A stretch of 63,170 bases of DNA, the filler included, from Kipferlia bialata (taxonomy: Eukaryota), in the NCBI GenBank assembly GCA_003568945.1. It is 7 parts of 7 records of this genome, joined end to end, with 100 filler letters (N's around TTAATTAATTAA, not from the genome) between each part and the next. Parts side by side here need not be neighbours in the genome. Positions count along the whole stretch, not along the records: positions 1 to 9,888 come from BDIP01001538.1; positions 9,989 to 19,869 come from BDIP01001539.1; 5 more parts are not named here. The stretch is one strand, 5' to 3'. A program made the translations under genes and the position numbers. The notes under the pieces were generated by a model. That model saw only the letters and a program-made list of their open reading frames with translations. It was not told where the DNA came from and did no database searches. Shown here piece after piece: positions 1-13,000 of the stretch (positions are counted from its first letter, which is position 1; each line of letters opens with the position of its first letter).

Positions 1-47
<47 letters not shown>

Positions 48-87
48 GTGTGTGTATGTGGCTGTGTGTGTGTGTGTCTTACCCTAG

Positions 88-3000
88 GGTGATGACTGGC
101 ATGGATGGGATGTATGGGAGGAAGGGACTCTACCCGGCATAGTGGAGATCGTGAGAGAGTGTCGCACAAACGGAGGGACAAAGGTAAGAAAAGCTGTATA
201 TATATGATACACATGGACGTGATAGCGACAGGGAGAGCAAATATTCCCTTATGGGCAAGAACTATAGTGTAGGTAGCATCTGTGTCTTTATATGTGGTCA
301 TTAATGTTATGTGCGGATGGGGGGCAGACACACCTCTTTGTGATACACTTATCTCTTCACACACTGCTTCATATGTACTCCACATACTTCGGGGATAATA
401 TGTATTCTTATTGATAATAATGTCATTTATATATGTATTAACGCATCATATAGTAATTAGTAGATCGTTGTGATTATTCATATAGTTGTAACTATATAAC
501 ATGGTATATATTAGTATAACTTGAATATTACAACTAGAGTAGTCGTCATTTTTGATGGTATGCACCGATCTAATGTGAGTGTTATGCACTACTGGATGAC
601 AAGTAAAATATAGTTTATGTGTATTGTTCTAACACTAGCTGTCTGTCATGGATCTGTTCATGGCAGAGGGAGAGACAAAGAGAGATGAGGATATTGTATC
701 GCTTGCAGACGCTCTCTACCACCTGCCAGACCTTCAGAAGGTGAGGAGATAATGAAACATACTAATAATGCTCTTGTATGAATATATTCTTTAATTGTAT
801 ATACTTGCCAGACCTGCAGAAATATGAAGGGAGATCTACAGTGAGTAACTAGCATCTAGTGTCTCACACTATATTCCAATATTGCAATATAGTATAGCAC
901 ATTCAATACTTATGCCGTTCTGTTTCTTCCTTCTGTTGGTCACTCTTGTTGCACTCAGGTCTACTTTGCCTCTAACCTCAGTTGTTCTTTTCGTCTGTCC
1001 AGTTGGTTGACAAGGATATAGAAGTCCTATCGGAATCAATCGGTAGGCTGAAGGACTTAAAGGAGGTTTGTGATTCATATCCTCCACATTTGCCATATAA
1101 AGTGTTTGTAAGTGGGATATCTGTTACTGTTCACATATCAGTGATACTGCTGCTGTTATTGACACTGACCCACGAGACGGGTTACAGTGCGGTGTATATA
1201 CAATACTATATATATACCATACTATATGTATAGAAATTTATATATAGTATAGCACATCCTACCACTAGCGCTGCATTGTTGACCTGTATATGTATATTGG
1301 TGTATATGACATATGTAGGGTATTGTATACTGGGTGCCAGTGGTTGGCACCCACAGAGGAGACACAGCTCTCTCTCTCTCTCTGTAGCCACATTTGACTG
1401 TGATGGGTGTCACACCATTGTCTCTCTCTCTCTCTCTTTTCATCTAGACCCTTTTACCCTCAGCTGACTGTGATGGGTGACCCTATTGGCGACACCGGTG
1501 TTAGAATCCTAGCCAGTTGTGTGCTCCCCAAGCTGACTGACCTCACTATGGTACGCCTTAGTCTCTCTCTCTCCACTCTTAGACCCTCGTTGACCCATAT
1601 AGAATAGTGTGTCATATACTGATGAATTGGTAGATGGACTGCATATATCAGCATGGTACTCGGATTGATCATCCTCTATATATGTATATACTATAAGAAT
1701 ATATACTATAAATACACATAGTATACATGTAGACGGATGTGTGTATATTTGTGTGATGCTATCATATCCATACGTAGCAGTGCAAATGTACCCTTCATAT
1801 CCATATGTAGTGCATATATATCCGGTATACATATGTATACTCATTACTATACTCACCTGTCAGCTTAACCTGGGTCTGGTTGGCATGACAGACACTGGTG
1901 CTGCTGCCCTAGCTGAGGCCTTGCCCTACCTCACCAACCTGGAAATGGTATCATACCACACAGTGTTATCATATAGCTACAGAATACACACTATTTAGTA
2001 GTAGATAATGAAAGAAGAAGTATATATATAGACAGGTATATGCACTAAACTGGAAAGGCGATGAATTGCACTACAATACCAGTGTTTGACTGCTACAAGA
2101 TGTCTCACACCAGCTCTATATCTTTCGCAATAAGATCGGAGACTCCGGTGCTAGGGCTATGGCCAAGACTCTTCCCAGGCTGACTGGACTGAAGACGGTA
2201 TGTGATTAGAATCCATATACCCCTCTCTCACTTGCAGTGGTTACTATTCTGCTGGTTGGAACATCACGCCGGTTATACAACAGAACCTGTTCTATCCAGT
2301 ATACTCACAATCAGTTTCTGTTGACAAACAATCTGATTGGACCAATTGGCAGAGCAGCCTTGGCAGAGGCTCTCTCATGGCTATCCTGCGGTCAGCAGGT
2401 GATGCCCTCTCATCGATACATCATCCATCACGTTTCTGTTTATGTACTCTCTTGCACAGTAGTCCGACTACCGCCAAGTTCTTTCAAATGTGAAAGAACA
2501 CCGAATTCAATGACAGGTTGACTGTATTCTCTTTTCATGGCAGTTTCTATCTCCTATTTCCGGCCTTATGACGATCTCACCCTCACACCCAGAAGAGTAT
2601 GGACTCTCTCTATCATTAAAGGAGCGGCTTCTTCTCTCAATCTCACCCAGGACTATATCGACCCTGGCTTCCAGGGGTGGGCCCACTGGGAAACTGAGGC
2701 TAAGTCAGAGATAGTGGAGGTGGTGAACGAGTGCCGCTCTAACGGAGGGACCCACGTACGTTTAAGTGGATCTCAGTGTTGTCAGTTGTGAAGTATACTA
2801 TTGGTTGTACTGGAATCGTTCCTAGCACACACCTGGTCTAGCTAACAGCAGTTGAAGTGTGACGGTGTACACATGAGTGCAGTGGATGTCGTATGCCTGT
2901 CACAGGCTCTGCTGCAGTTGGCTGACATGGAAAAGGTGTGTGTATTTCAGTACCTTATCACTGACTAAATGAATACGTCCACGTGTGGGTTTCAACATAC

Positions 3001-6000
3001 TTTACCCCTAAATGTCACCGGTACTTTTCCTCATACTACCTGCAAGTGGAGGACAATGAGACGCATATCTCCATATGATCTCCCCTCAGCTATCTCTGTC
3101 TGGCATCACCCACAAGACGGGTGTTTGTGGCATCCATGAGCATCTAACACCGGCAATAGGCAGCCTGACTAATTTGACTGAGGTAAGAAGCATAATGAGA
3201 AATGCATTTGCAATTGTGGTCTAATAATAGAATCTGTGTATAACAATAACCTGCTAACCACCTGGTTCTATCAAGAATATGTAATGGCTATTGTATCTTT
3301 CTCGGAACTCTGAGTGATTCGTAATATTGATCAATGAGTGGAGAGAATAGAAACTCTTCATCCCAGCACAATACTCTCTCTTTCATTGATATGCCTCTGT
3401 AGCATGCTCCTAACCATTACCTCATTGCAGCTTCGAATAGCTGCTGTATCTCTCTCTATGTATTTCTCATTACTCTCTCCGGTATCACCAACTCACTCCA
3501 GCTGCGTATTGTGTACTATCCCCTTGATTCCTGTGTCTTTTCTCTCTCGGAAGTCCTGCGGAACATGACCCGGCTCACCCTGGTATGAACTCATTTCATA
3601 TTGCATTACCTGCATATAGCATACATACCATTCTTACTCTTTCACAATACTTGTTCTGGACCACATGCCAATGGAGGTAGACTTTCTAAATTCTTGCAAT
3701 TCACCACTCTACAGGTGTTCATATTTTAGTGATATATCGGTTACTGTGCACTAACTGAGTAGTAATCAGTTCTGAAGTTGCAATTTTACGATATACATAG
3801 CATACTAGCCCTATTACTAGCCCTATTACTACTAGCTCATTTGGTCTATTTGTTGTATTGTTGCTATTGACGCTAGCTCGACCTGAGTGGCAGCGAGGTC
3901 TCCTGTGATCATGTCTCCCACCTATGTGATGCGCTCCCGCACCTACCCTGCTTAGACACGGTCAGTGCTTGTGTGTATACATTTCCCATGTTACTCGTAC
4001 TCACTGTAGTTGATCCTGTCACACAATGAGATCGGTGATGAAGGTGCAATGGATCTCGCCGTCGCACTTCCGCAGTTGCCAAGTTTGAAGTCGGTGAGTG
4101 ACATTCTAGTACGGGCATTCTATTGCAAATCAATATGTTTGACAATAGTATTCACTGACACTAATGTAAGGTCTGGCTGGAGGACAACCTCATTGGAGCA
4201 CAGGGGAAGGCCGCTCTAGCAGAGACAACCATTGTCTCTAAGTTGCAGTGTATGACGGTAATGATCGCTTCAATACATGTACCATACTTTAGACATTACA
4301 CTACGTATCATAACTGATGGTACTCACTCAGCCTCCGTTCCTGTCCTGCTTATGAACTATCTTACAGTATCTCACGATAGGGCAGTGTGATAGCCCCTGG
4401 TATTGGTTTCCAGGGCTGGGACAACTGGTGTCTAGAGAACCCAGACTTAGCTTCCTCCGTAAGAGACTGTCTTGACGATGATGGAGACAAGCATGTAAGT
4501 ATCTGAGAGTGTGGGAGACCAGTTGTGACATCTTACTCTACTACCACACACAATACAGTATGGATGTATATGTAGAGAGACACTCCAATTAATTCCAGCT
4601 GAGTCTTAGACGCCTGAAAGCCAGTGAGGTCCTACCTCTTACTGAATCCCTGCCTTACATGCATGGTCTTGAGGCGGTAAGTATCAGTGTCGTATTTAGT
4701 CGGTCAGTATATAACGTGTGTTGAGGACCACACTTGCATATGTATATTTGCTGCTGTAGCAAGTGTCAATTTGGCACAATGCTTGTATTAGGTAGATTGG
4801 TATACATCGATGTCTTGTTAGAATACTGAATAATCAACCCAAGACGTACAGATATTAGAGCAGAGAAATGCGATATAGTTGGTATACTTGACAGTCTCAC
4901 TGTTATGTTACTCACTTCAGTTGGACCTTCATGGTGTCCAGACTCATGATTGGGACATGGCTGTACTCTTCTCGGCCATTGGCACCTTGAAGGGATTGAC
5001 CGAGGTACTTACTATTTCACCATATGATATTATACTATTCTGTATTATTGCTTATATTAGTATAATAGTTTATAATGTTGTACATCCGGACATTCCCCCT
5101 CACTATCTGAACCATCTTAGCATATATTTGACATGTGTGTTTCCTTAGTAGAGTGTTTCCTTGAATATGACTACATATTCCGGCATCTATACATGTCCTT
5201 CCTATTATATATAGACTTGTCATCTCCACGGAATGCTCTCTTTACAGTATCCCTTACCTCAGTTCGGTCTGAGTGGCGTCCAGATTGGAGAGAGTGTAAT
5301 TATTGCTCTCACTGAGGCTCTTGGGAACCTCAACGCACTGTCCTGGGTATGTAAATGTCTGCGTATCGCTCTTTGTAACTTCGAAAACACCTGGTATTTG
5401 AACTAGCACTATTCCTTATCCAAGCTGAGCCTGAATGGTACTATGATTGGGGATATCGGGGCCCTATGTGTGTCCAAGTACCTTCCTAAGTTGACTGAGA
5501 TCTCCATGGTATGTCTTAAGAATGCCAATTTGACATGTGAACATAGTATATATATAATATGTATATTGCAACGCATTGATTGGCTCTACCGTGAACACTG
5601 AGTTTGATTTGAGACATGTGAAACGTCTCATGATGCTTTAACCCTAGCTGGACCTCAGGGGTAACGGCATTTCTGACAAGGGTGCGATGGCCCTCGCTCA
5701 GGCATTGCCTCTCCTAACTGGTCTCACTGCGGTAAGTGCACTGTATATGACGCCGCTTCATTGGTATAGATATCACAAAAAGTAAATATCTTCCCTATCT
5801 CTCTCGACTTTACTGAGACCAGTTGCATCTCTCCGACAACCAAATTGGGGCAGAAGGAACTCAGGCGCTCACAGATGCCATCCTATCCATGCCTAGTCTT
5901 GAGGTGAGCCTTTCTAGTTGATGCCATACACACTCCTCTTAGTGCCTTATGTCTCTTCGTATATATCATTTTCGACTATTTCAATACTTGTATGTTGTCA

Positions 6001-9000
6001 TATGTCCCTATAGCATGTCTTAACTCTATACTACGACTGCTTACTCCCTTACTATTATCTTGTTTCTTCCAATTCACATAGGATGGAGCCCATATCATTG
6101 GCTGGCAGGGTTGGGATCACTGGGAGCAGCAGTCCCCACAGCACATTGTGGAAGGAGTGAAACGATGCCGTGCCAGTAATGGCTATAGGGTACGGGTAAA
6201 CACCTGGCTTTGCGTGAGAGATGGTTGTATGCGATTGTGTGATGCACAAATATGATATGTGCCATTAATCCATAACAGTGTTACTGCTTGACATCAGTTA
6301 GAGTTTTTTGTTGGCGTGGAGCTTGGGGATGATGTCAGTTCTCTGTCAGCAGCCCTGCTCCAGCTGCCGGATCTAAGAAGGGTGGGTACATGTAAACACC
6401 CACATGCACTTCATACATATCTACATGCCACTCTAATCGCGCTGTTCCAGCTACATGTTTACTACTACACTCAGAGCATTTCACTTAGGGTGAATACCTC
6501 CTTCAAGTAGGAGAGGAAATGTTTACATACATACATGTAGTTATATTTGTATATATGTCTATATATAGTATTGTATCAAGCATGTACATGCTGTGGATCC
6601 AGGTTAACTGAGGCAACTTCAATAGTTGATTCGTACATAGTAAAGCCCTACAGTTAGTAATACCTCAGTTGTAGAAGCATAGATGGTATAATCTTATGTC
6701 AGCTGAGTCTTGTGGACTGCATCAGAGGTCCAGCCTTGGAGACACTTGTCAGTGCTATTAGGAATTTGACTAGCCTCCAATCGGTATGTCAGCAGTATAT
6801 ATATGCCTTGAGCTGTTGGCTTTCTGAATACCTGGTCTGGTCTATGAGTCTGACCCTCTTCTGTCAACATACACATGCTCTCTAGACCTCGAACTGTATG
6901 GATACTGTGTATGCAGTCGGTATATACTCCACATATACACCTATCCACACGTTTTCTATAATCAAGTTGTCTTCAACTAATAGTAGCTGGATCTGAGTTT
7001 GAATGACATGTGTGATTCAGTGGCTTCCCAACTGGCTGAGTCTCTATCCAGCCTCAAAGGCCTTAGGACGGTGAGTGATACATGGAAGTGATACCGTGTC
7101 CCCAACAATGTAATCTACTAATCTGATTCAGAGACTGTGTTTTTTACAACTGTATCTGTGCTCAAGAGTGAGTGTGCCATCGTTACATTCATGTCAGTTG
7201 TCGCTGCAGGGGAACTCAATAGGAGACCCTGGCGCTATAGCTCTGTCCAAGACCCTTCTTCAACTGAGAGGCCTCACAAATGTTAGTTCCCCGTTAGAAG
7301 TAGTTGAATATCTATATCTGGAACAGTATTTTTCTTCAATGATTCCATTCTGATATATCTGTCATAATTGTACAACTGTGATGTCTCTTCCGCTCTCTAT
7401 CTGTGTATATGAGAGTTTATGCTATGTCTCCACGTCCAGTGGTTCCCCCTACCTACTTTGTAAGTGTAAGTGTGTGCATTAGAATATGTTGTATACATAT
7501 GTTACATGTCAATGCAAATGTATTCTTCAGAGGGACAGTTCGTCAAGACCTACATACCACGTGATCTCTCATACAAGGATTAATCTCTCTATGCCACCCA
7601 ATATGCATACCTGACTTTAACATCACATAATTCATTAGCTTCACAGAATTCATGTGTATATACTATTCATATATATAAACATACCTGACATTAGCTTGAA
7701 ATGGAAGACAACCGCATTGGCCATGATGGTACTGTAGCTATGCAGCTAGCGATGGCCCACCTGCCAAAGCTTCAGGTCAGTGGAAGGCTTTTGTTACTAC
7801 TTTCTCTGTCGTTTATGCAGCCAATATGTCAGTAACCTGCAATTATCTGATCATAGCAATCTCTGTTTCTATCTCTGTCACATTTCAAGAATTTCCTGGA
7901 CAGAGTCTCTCATTTAATACACATATCTATTTCCTTCTCTCTCACCCAGTCTGGCATGTGCGCTGGTATCGGATGGCAAGGGTGGGATATGTGGGAAAGG
8001 GAGTCACCGGATGAGGTTGTGGATATCATGAGAGCTTGGTTGGGTGGTGAGGATCTCTCTTGCGTGTCCCCTCTTGCACGTAGGATGATGCAGAAGATGG
8101 ACGGAGACACCCACGACATGGACCAGTTATTGGAAATGTCAGTGGAGCGAGACTCGTGTAGCCAGCTGTCCCTTTCCGGTCACTCTATTGGCGATGAAGG
8201 TGTTGAAGCTGTCGCCAAGATCCTCCCAAAGCTACTCGATACCTTAGAGGTTTGTACATGTGTGTGAATACACTTTGGAGTAGTGTCCTTCTGGAAATTG
8301 TAACTACAAGACATGTTGTTCCTATTGATGTACCTACCATGTTCTTACTGATTTGGTCATATCTAGCAGGTGACATATATATACTTTTAGTATGGATTGC
8401 TTCATTGCACTAAACTAACCCAGCTGGACCTCAGCAACACTGGTATGTCAGATGCTGGTGCTGTCGCATTGGCTGGTATCCTTGCTTCCCTCAGGAACCT
8501 CCACAAGGTATGGTCGATGCAACAGCTCCATTAGGCCCTTACCCCAGTTCCGTCTGCGTATAATGTGTGTTGTGGTGATATTATGAATCGGTGGCACCTG
8601 CGAAGTGCCTCAATTCCCCTCTCAGCGAGTTCTCTCACCCAAGTTGGATCTCAGCAACAACTGTGTTGGTCATTCAGGGTCCGTAGCAATCTCCAAGGCT
8701 CTTGAACGATTGAAGAGTCTTCAGGAGGTGTGTAATATTATGAGTTTGTAAACAATTATTTGATCATATTAATATGCGTTGAGATGTTTGACCTTACCAC
8801 AGTTCTCGATTGAGAACAACGAGATAGGACCTGCAGCGGCTCGTTATCTTCACGAGGGACTCTCACGGGGGCCTCGTATTAAGGTAAGGCACAGACATGT
8901 TTCTAGGTCTCGTATACAGGTGTAAACACGTTGCTGCTAGTTTTGGTGGTCCTGCCACTGTGGGGTAAACATGGGAATGTATCTAAGTCCAGCTTGAGCT

Positions 9001-9888
9001 TGGACATCAGAGGAGAAGGCTTCAGAAGAAGCATCTGAAGAAGAGAGAGAAGAAGCAACTCAAGGAGAGGACGAGAAGGGAGAAGACGAGAGTAGAGAGA
9101 GAGAAGAGGGAGAGAGAGATGGAGAGACAGAAGAAGGAGAGAGAGGAGAGAGAGAGACTCGAGAGGGAGAGGAGAGAAGCGAAGGAGAGAGAGAGGAAGG
9201 AGAGAGAGAGGAAGAGAAGTGAGGAGGAAGAGAGACAGAGAGCAGATCGGGAGAGGCTCGAGAGAGAGAGAGAGCAGAGAGAGAAGGAGGAGAGAGAGAG
9301 GAGAGAGAGAGAGGACGCTGAGTATCTGAGATTGCATGGGAGAGAGGAGATTCAATCGCTGAAGGAGACGAATGCCAGTCTCCGGAGTGACCTGGAGACA
9401 GAGCGGAACAGAGCAAACCAGGCTGAGATAGAGAATGCCAGGCTCATGGAGAAGGTTGCTACCCTTGAGTCTACGTTAGAGAGAGAGAGGGACAGGGAGA
9501 GAGAGAGAGAGTTTGAGAGACAGAGACAAGCAGTCGAAGTGGCAGCTCTCAAGAAGGAGGTTGCTATTCTCAAGGACCGTAACCAGACCCTCTCAAAGGT
9601 ATTGTCAAATGTCTGATCATCCTAACTATACTAGTAGTACATTATACTAAGTGCATGGCATGTTCATTAATAGTATGTGACTTCATATTTGCGTCCATGG
9701 TTGTGTGATTGTGTTACACAGATCACTTTCTGTCTCTCACCCCAGGCCGCATCCAAGCCAGCGAGACTCTCCCACTCAGAGCTAGACCGTCTAGTGAGCA
9801 TCGAGATTGAGAGGAGGGAGAGGGTGGAGAGACAGAGGATAGAGAGAGAGCAGAGGGCCGCAGAGGAGGCCGAGCGTGTGAGGCAGAG
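88..9888 (+). CDS. Large multi-exon leucine-rich-repeat protein (ribonuclease inhibitor/NLR-type 28-aa LRRs) with Trp-rich spacer exons and a C-terminal Glu/Arg coiled coil; both ends truncated
   Basis: Phase-0 exons of about 84 nt each encode one LRR. Examples: 982-1065 LFFSSVQLVDKDIEVLSESIGRLKDLKE, 1864-1947 LNLGLVGMTDTGAAALAEALPYLTNLEM, 2114-2197 LYIFRNKIGDSGARAMAKTLPRLTGLKT, and the exon at 4010 LILSHNEIGDEGAMDLAVALPQLPSLKS. Spacer exons start at 88, 2651, 4381, 6082 and 7950. Coiled-coil exons are 8993-9598 and 9746-9888. GT-AG boundaries throughout. Confidence 0.9.
9011..9530 (+). repeat. (GA)-rich low-complexity tract encoding an ERERE-type charged coiled coil
   Basis: Purine-rich AG/GA runs are in frame within exon 8993-9598 (ORF 9119-9616). 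Confidence 0.85.
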
Positions 9889-9988
9889 NNNNNNNNNNNN
9901 NNNNNNNNNNNNNNNNNNNNNNNNNNNNNNNNTTAATTAATTAANNNNNNNNNNNNNNNNNNNNNNNNNNNNNNNNNNNNNNNNNNNN
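9889..9988. other. Artificial contig linker N44-TTAATTAATTAA-N44
   Basis: An identical 100-nt spacer with stops in all six frames occurs six times. Confidence 0.99.
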
Positions 9989-10040
9989 AAAAACCCGGCA
10001 TAGTACCTCCCCCCCCCCCCCCCCTGCATCTGACTGACAG

Positions 10041-13000
10041 GTGGATGGCCAATGCTGAGAGGCGTGCCCGGTCTGCCCTTTCTACCATCAGACACAGGCC
10101 CATGTTTGTGACACAGAGGTGGGGGGAGAGAGTGCAGTGTGTGCTGTGTGATCAATGCCCCCATCCACCCCTCCCTCACCTCCTCACTGTCTAGGGTCCC
10201 AGGTGCCGACCCTTCTCTGTCCGATGTCCAGACTACCAGGATAGTGCTTCAGTCGTCGGAGGACGTTGTGGCCCTGGCACAGGAGCTCAGGTGGGACATG
10301 TGGGGACATGCCGTATTCATATCTGTAGTGTGTATCACTTGTCCCGCTGACCCCCAGGTTCCTCCGCACCCGCACTGCGTATGAGTCATTGACCATGGAC
10401 AGAGTCACAGCAGACATGCAGACGGCACGAGGTGGGGATGTGTGGAGGATGTAGTGCATATAGGCACATGGGTGGAGTGGCGGCATATGGCTGTATGACT
10501 TGCTATTATGGTAGTGCTATTGACCAGTCTTAGATATGGGTTTCTGTATGGATGTACATATATACTCCAACCTGTTGACTGCATGTATATATATATATAT
10601 ATGTCTCACCTCCAGCTGAGAAGCCCCCCCTCCCCCCAGGCCCCATGTCAACTGCTAGGGGCAGCATAACCCCTAGCCTGTTCACCCCTGCCCTGTCAGG
10701 AGAAGGTGGGTGTCGGTATGAGCTGTGCTGGGGGTGGACATATATACACAGTGCCTTGCTTTGATAGGAGTATGTGTGTGTACCCTAGTCCTGTACTACC
10801 CCCCAGGCCGCGATGGCCAGAAGGAGAGGCAGAGCATACAGGCACTGGCTGACAGGTGCACAGACATACACGCAGCCCTGGAGGTTCTGAGTGAGGGCAG
10901 GTAGGGGTGGAATGGAATGGGAGTGCATGTGTGTATGAGTGCGTAACACCGCTCTCTCTCTGTGTCTGACGCCCAGGTACCCTAGGGACAGTCCCACCTG
11001 CAAGGACATAGCCAGACGCGTCCTCATAGCCCCAGGGTATGCATATGATATGACATGTGTCTGATGGATTGATAGTGGTGTATTGGATGCCTCTCACCCC
11101 CAGGGCCATCGAGAACCCTGCCAGCCTGGCCCCCCCTCTTCTGCACCACAGGTGTGTGTGTATATATATGTATATATAGATATATAGATATATAGATATA
11201 TATATATATAGATATATACAGGTGTGTGTGTATTGTGGTGTATTTGTATATGTGGAAAACGAGGGTACCTATGTCTATGTCTATGTCTGTGTCTGTGTCT
11301 GTGTCTGTCTCTGTGTCTGTATCTGGCATGGTCCGTCCACACCCAGAGCCTCAGTCCTCACCCCAGAGAGAAGGAGAGAGACAGGGAGAGAGATGCAGTG
11401 CTATCCGGCACTGCGGAGGAGCTCTTACAGCTGGTAGAGAGGGGAGGCATGGTGGGGCTAGAGAGAGAGGCACAGCACCTCATGTACGTGTCCATGTGTA
11501 TAAGATTGTATGAGTGCGTGGTTAGTAGAGACCCTTGCATTATGCCATAGCTGTGTGTCCCCATACCCCCCCCCCCTGACCCCAGCTCCACCTTCAATGC
11601 CATTGTGTCTGACATGATGCAGACGGCCAAGGGCGCAGGGGCATCAGCCAAGGTGGGATCGGATACTCAGTCAACTCCACACCAAATCAGAGTTTGTACT
11701 GCTCTGCATTGTGTTGTTCTCTGACGTATACCATTTGTGTAATGGCTGACTATCAGGCCGCTGCATCGGGGACTGATTCTGAAGAGGCAGAGACAGAGAC
11801 ACCACAGGCTGGGGGCTCGGACTTCGGTCTGATTCAGAATAGGTATGGGATAGATATCTGATATTTTGATGGCTATACATGTGTATAATATACATATACA
11901 CTGTATATGGATCACTACCCTCGGTCTCTGACCCCCTAGGCTGCTGGCCACCCAGCGTCTCCTGATCGACGTTGCGGCAGATGGGACCACTCTGACAGAG
12001 GCCACGCCCTCCACAGAGGGAGGGGGAGGGCCCCCGTTCCAGCAGGGTAGGGCGGATATGTACATATAGACTTGTACTTTGGTGGTCATGTATTTGTCAG
12101 CGTCTCTCTCTCTGCCACTCCCCTCACCCTAGGCCCCCAGGGCCCCCTGGCCCTGTCCCTAGATGCCATTGGGGAACACAGCTCAGAGTGCACGCCCAGG
12201 TGGATATATATGTATATATATTTATATATATGCCACGTGTCCCGATAGCGTTGCCGTGTGCCGTCTGACCCCCAGGTCCAACCCCAAGGTGCTGAGACTC
12301 ACAGACACGGAGGAGGCAGGGGTGTTCCTCAGGACTCTGCAGGTATATATTATAGATATATATTATGTCTATCCACTGGTACAGTCAAGCATCCGTGGCA
12401 GTAGCACCTGATAGTTCCATGTAAGTACCCGTGTCTATAGTGCATGTGTGTCTCTACCTCTCATACCCACCCTAGTCTGGCCTTGTCCAGCTGTCAGACG
12501 AGGCTGCCCTCGTGGTATCCGTCAACAGCAGGGTGGACCAGTTCGTCAGGTACGGGGAACACTAGAGACTGTAGTTGGTGTCCTGTGACTGTACTGTCTA
12601 CATACATATGTATATCCTTGTGGGTACCCCCTCTCTCCCTACCTGCCAGGCGGTGGACTGCCGGGGTGCTCTCCAGGTTGAGGGTGGCCCGAGGCACAGA
12701 GGGACCCATGCCCCTCACAGAGTGAGTATGGATACTGTATATGGGCTACAATGTCTCCTATACCGGTTTCCTATCCTTATGCTGGGATTCATGCCACGCA
12801 GACAGGGATATTTGTGTAACCATAATATATGTAAGTGTATCCCCCCCCCCCCCCCCCACCTCAGGCTGGTTGACGGCCATATACTGGGGTCGGAGATGTT
12901 CGACCGAGTCGTGTCGGACTTCATACTCAATGCCAACGAGAGAGCACGGTCAGGTACAGCATCAGTATCAGTATCAGTGTCAGTATGAGGGTCAGTATCA

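Noticed and set aside
8903..9573. Leu/Ser-rich minus-strand ORFs
   Set aside because: Antisense shadows of the (GA)n coiled-coil exon.
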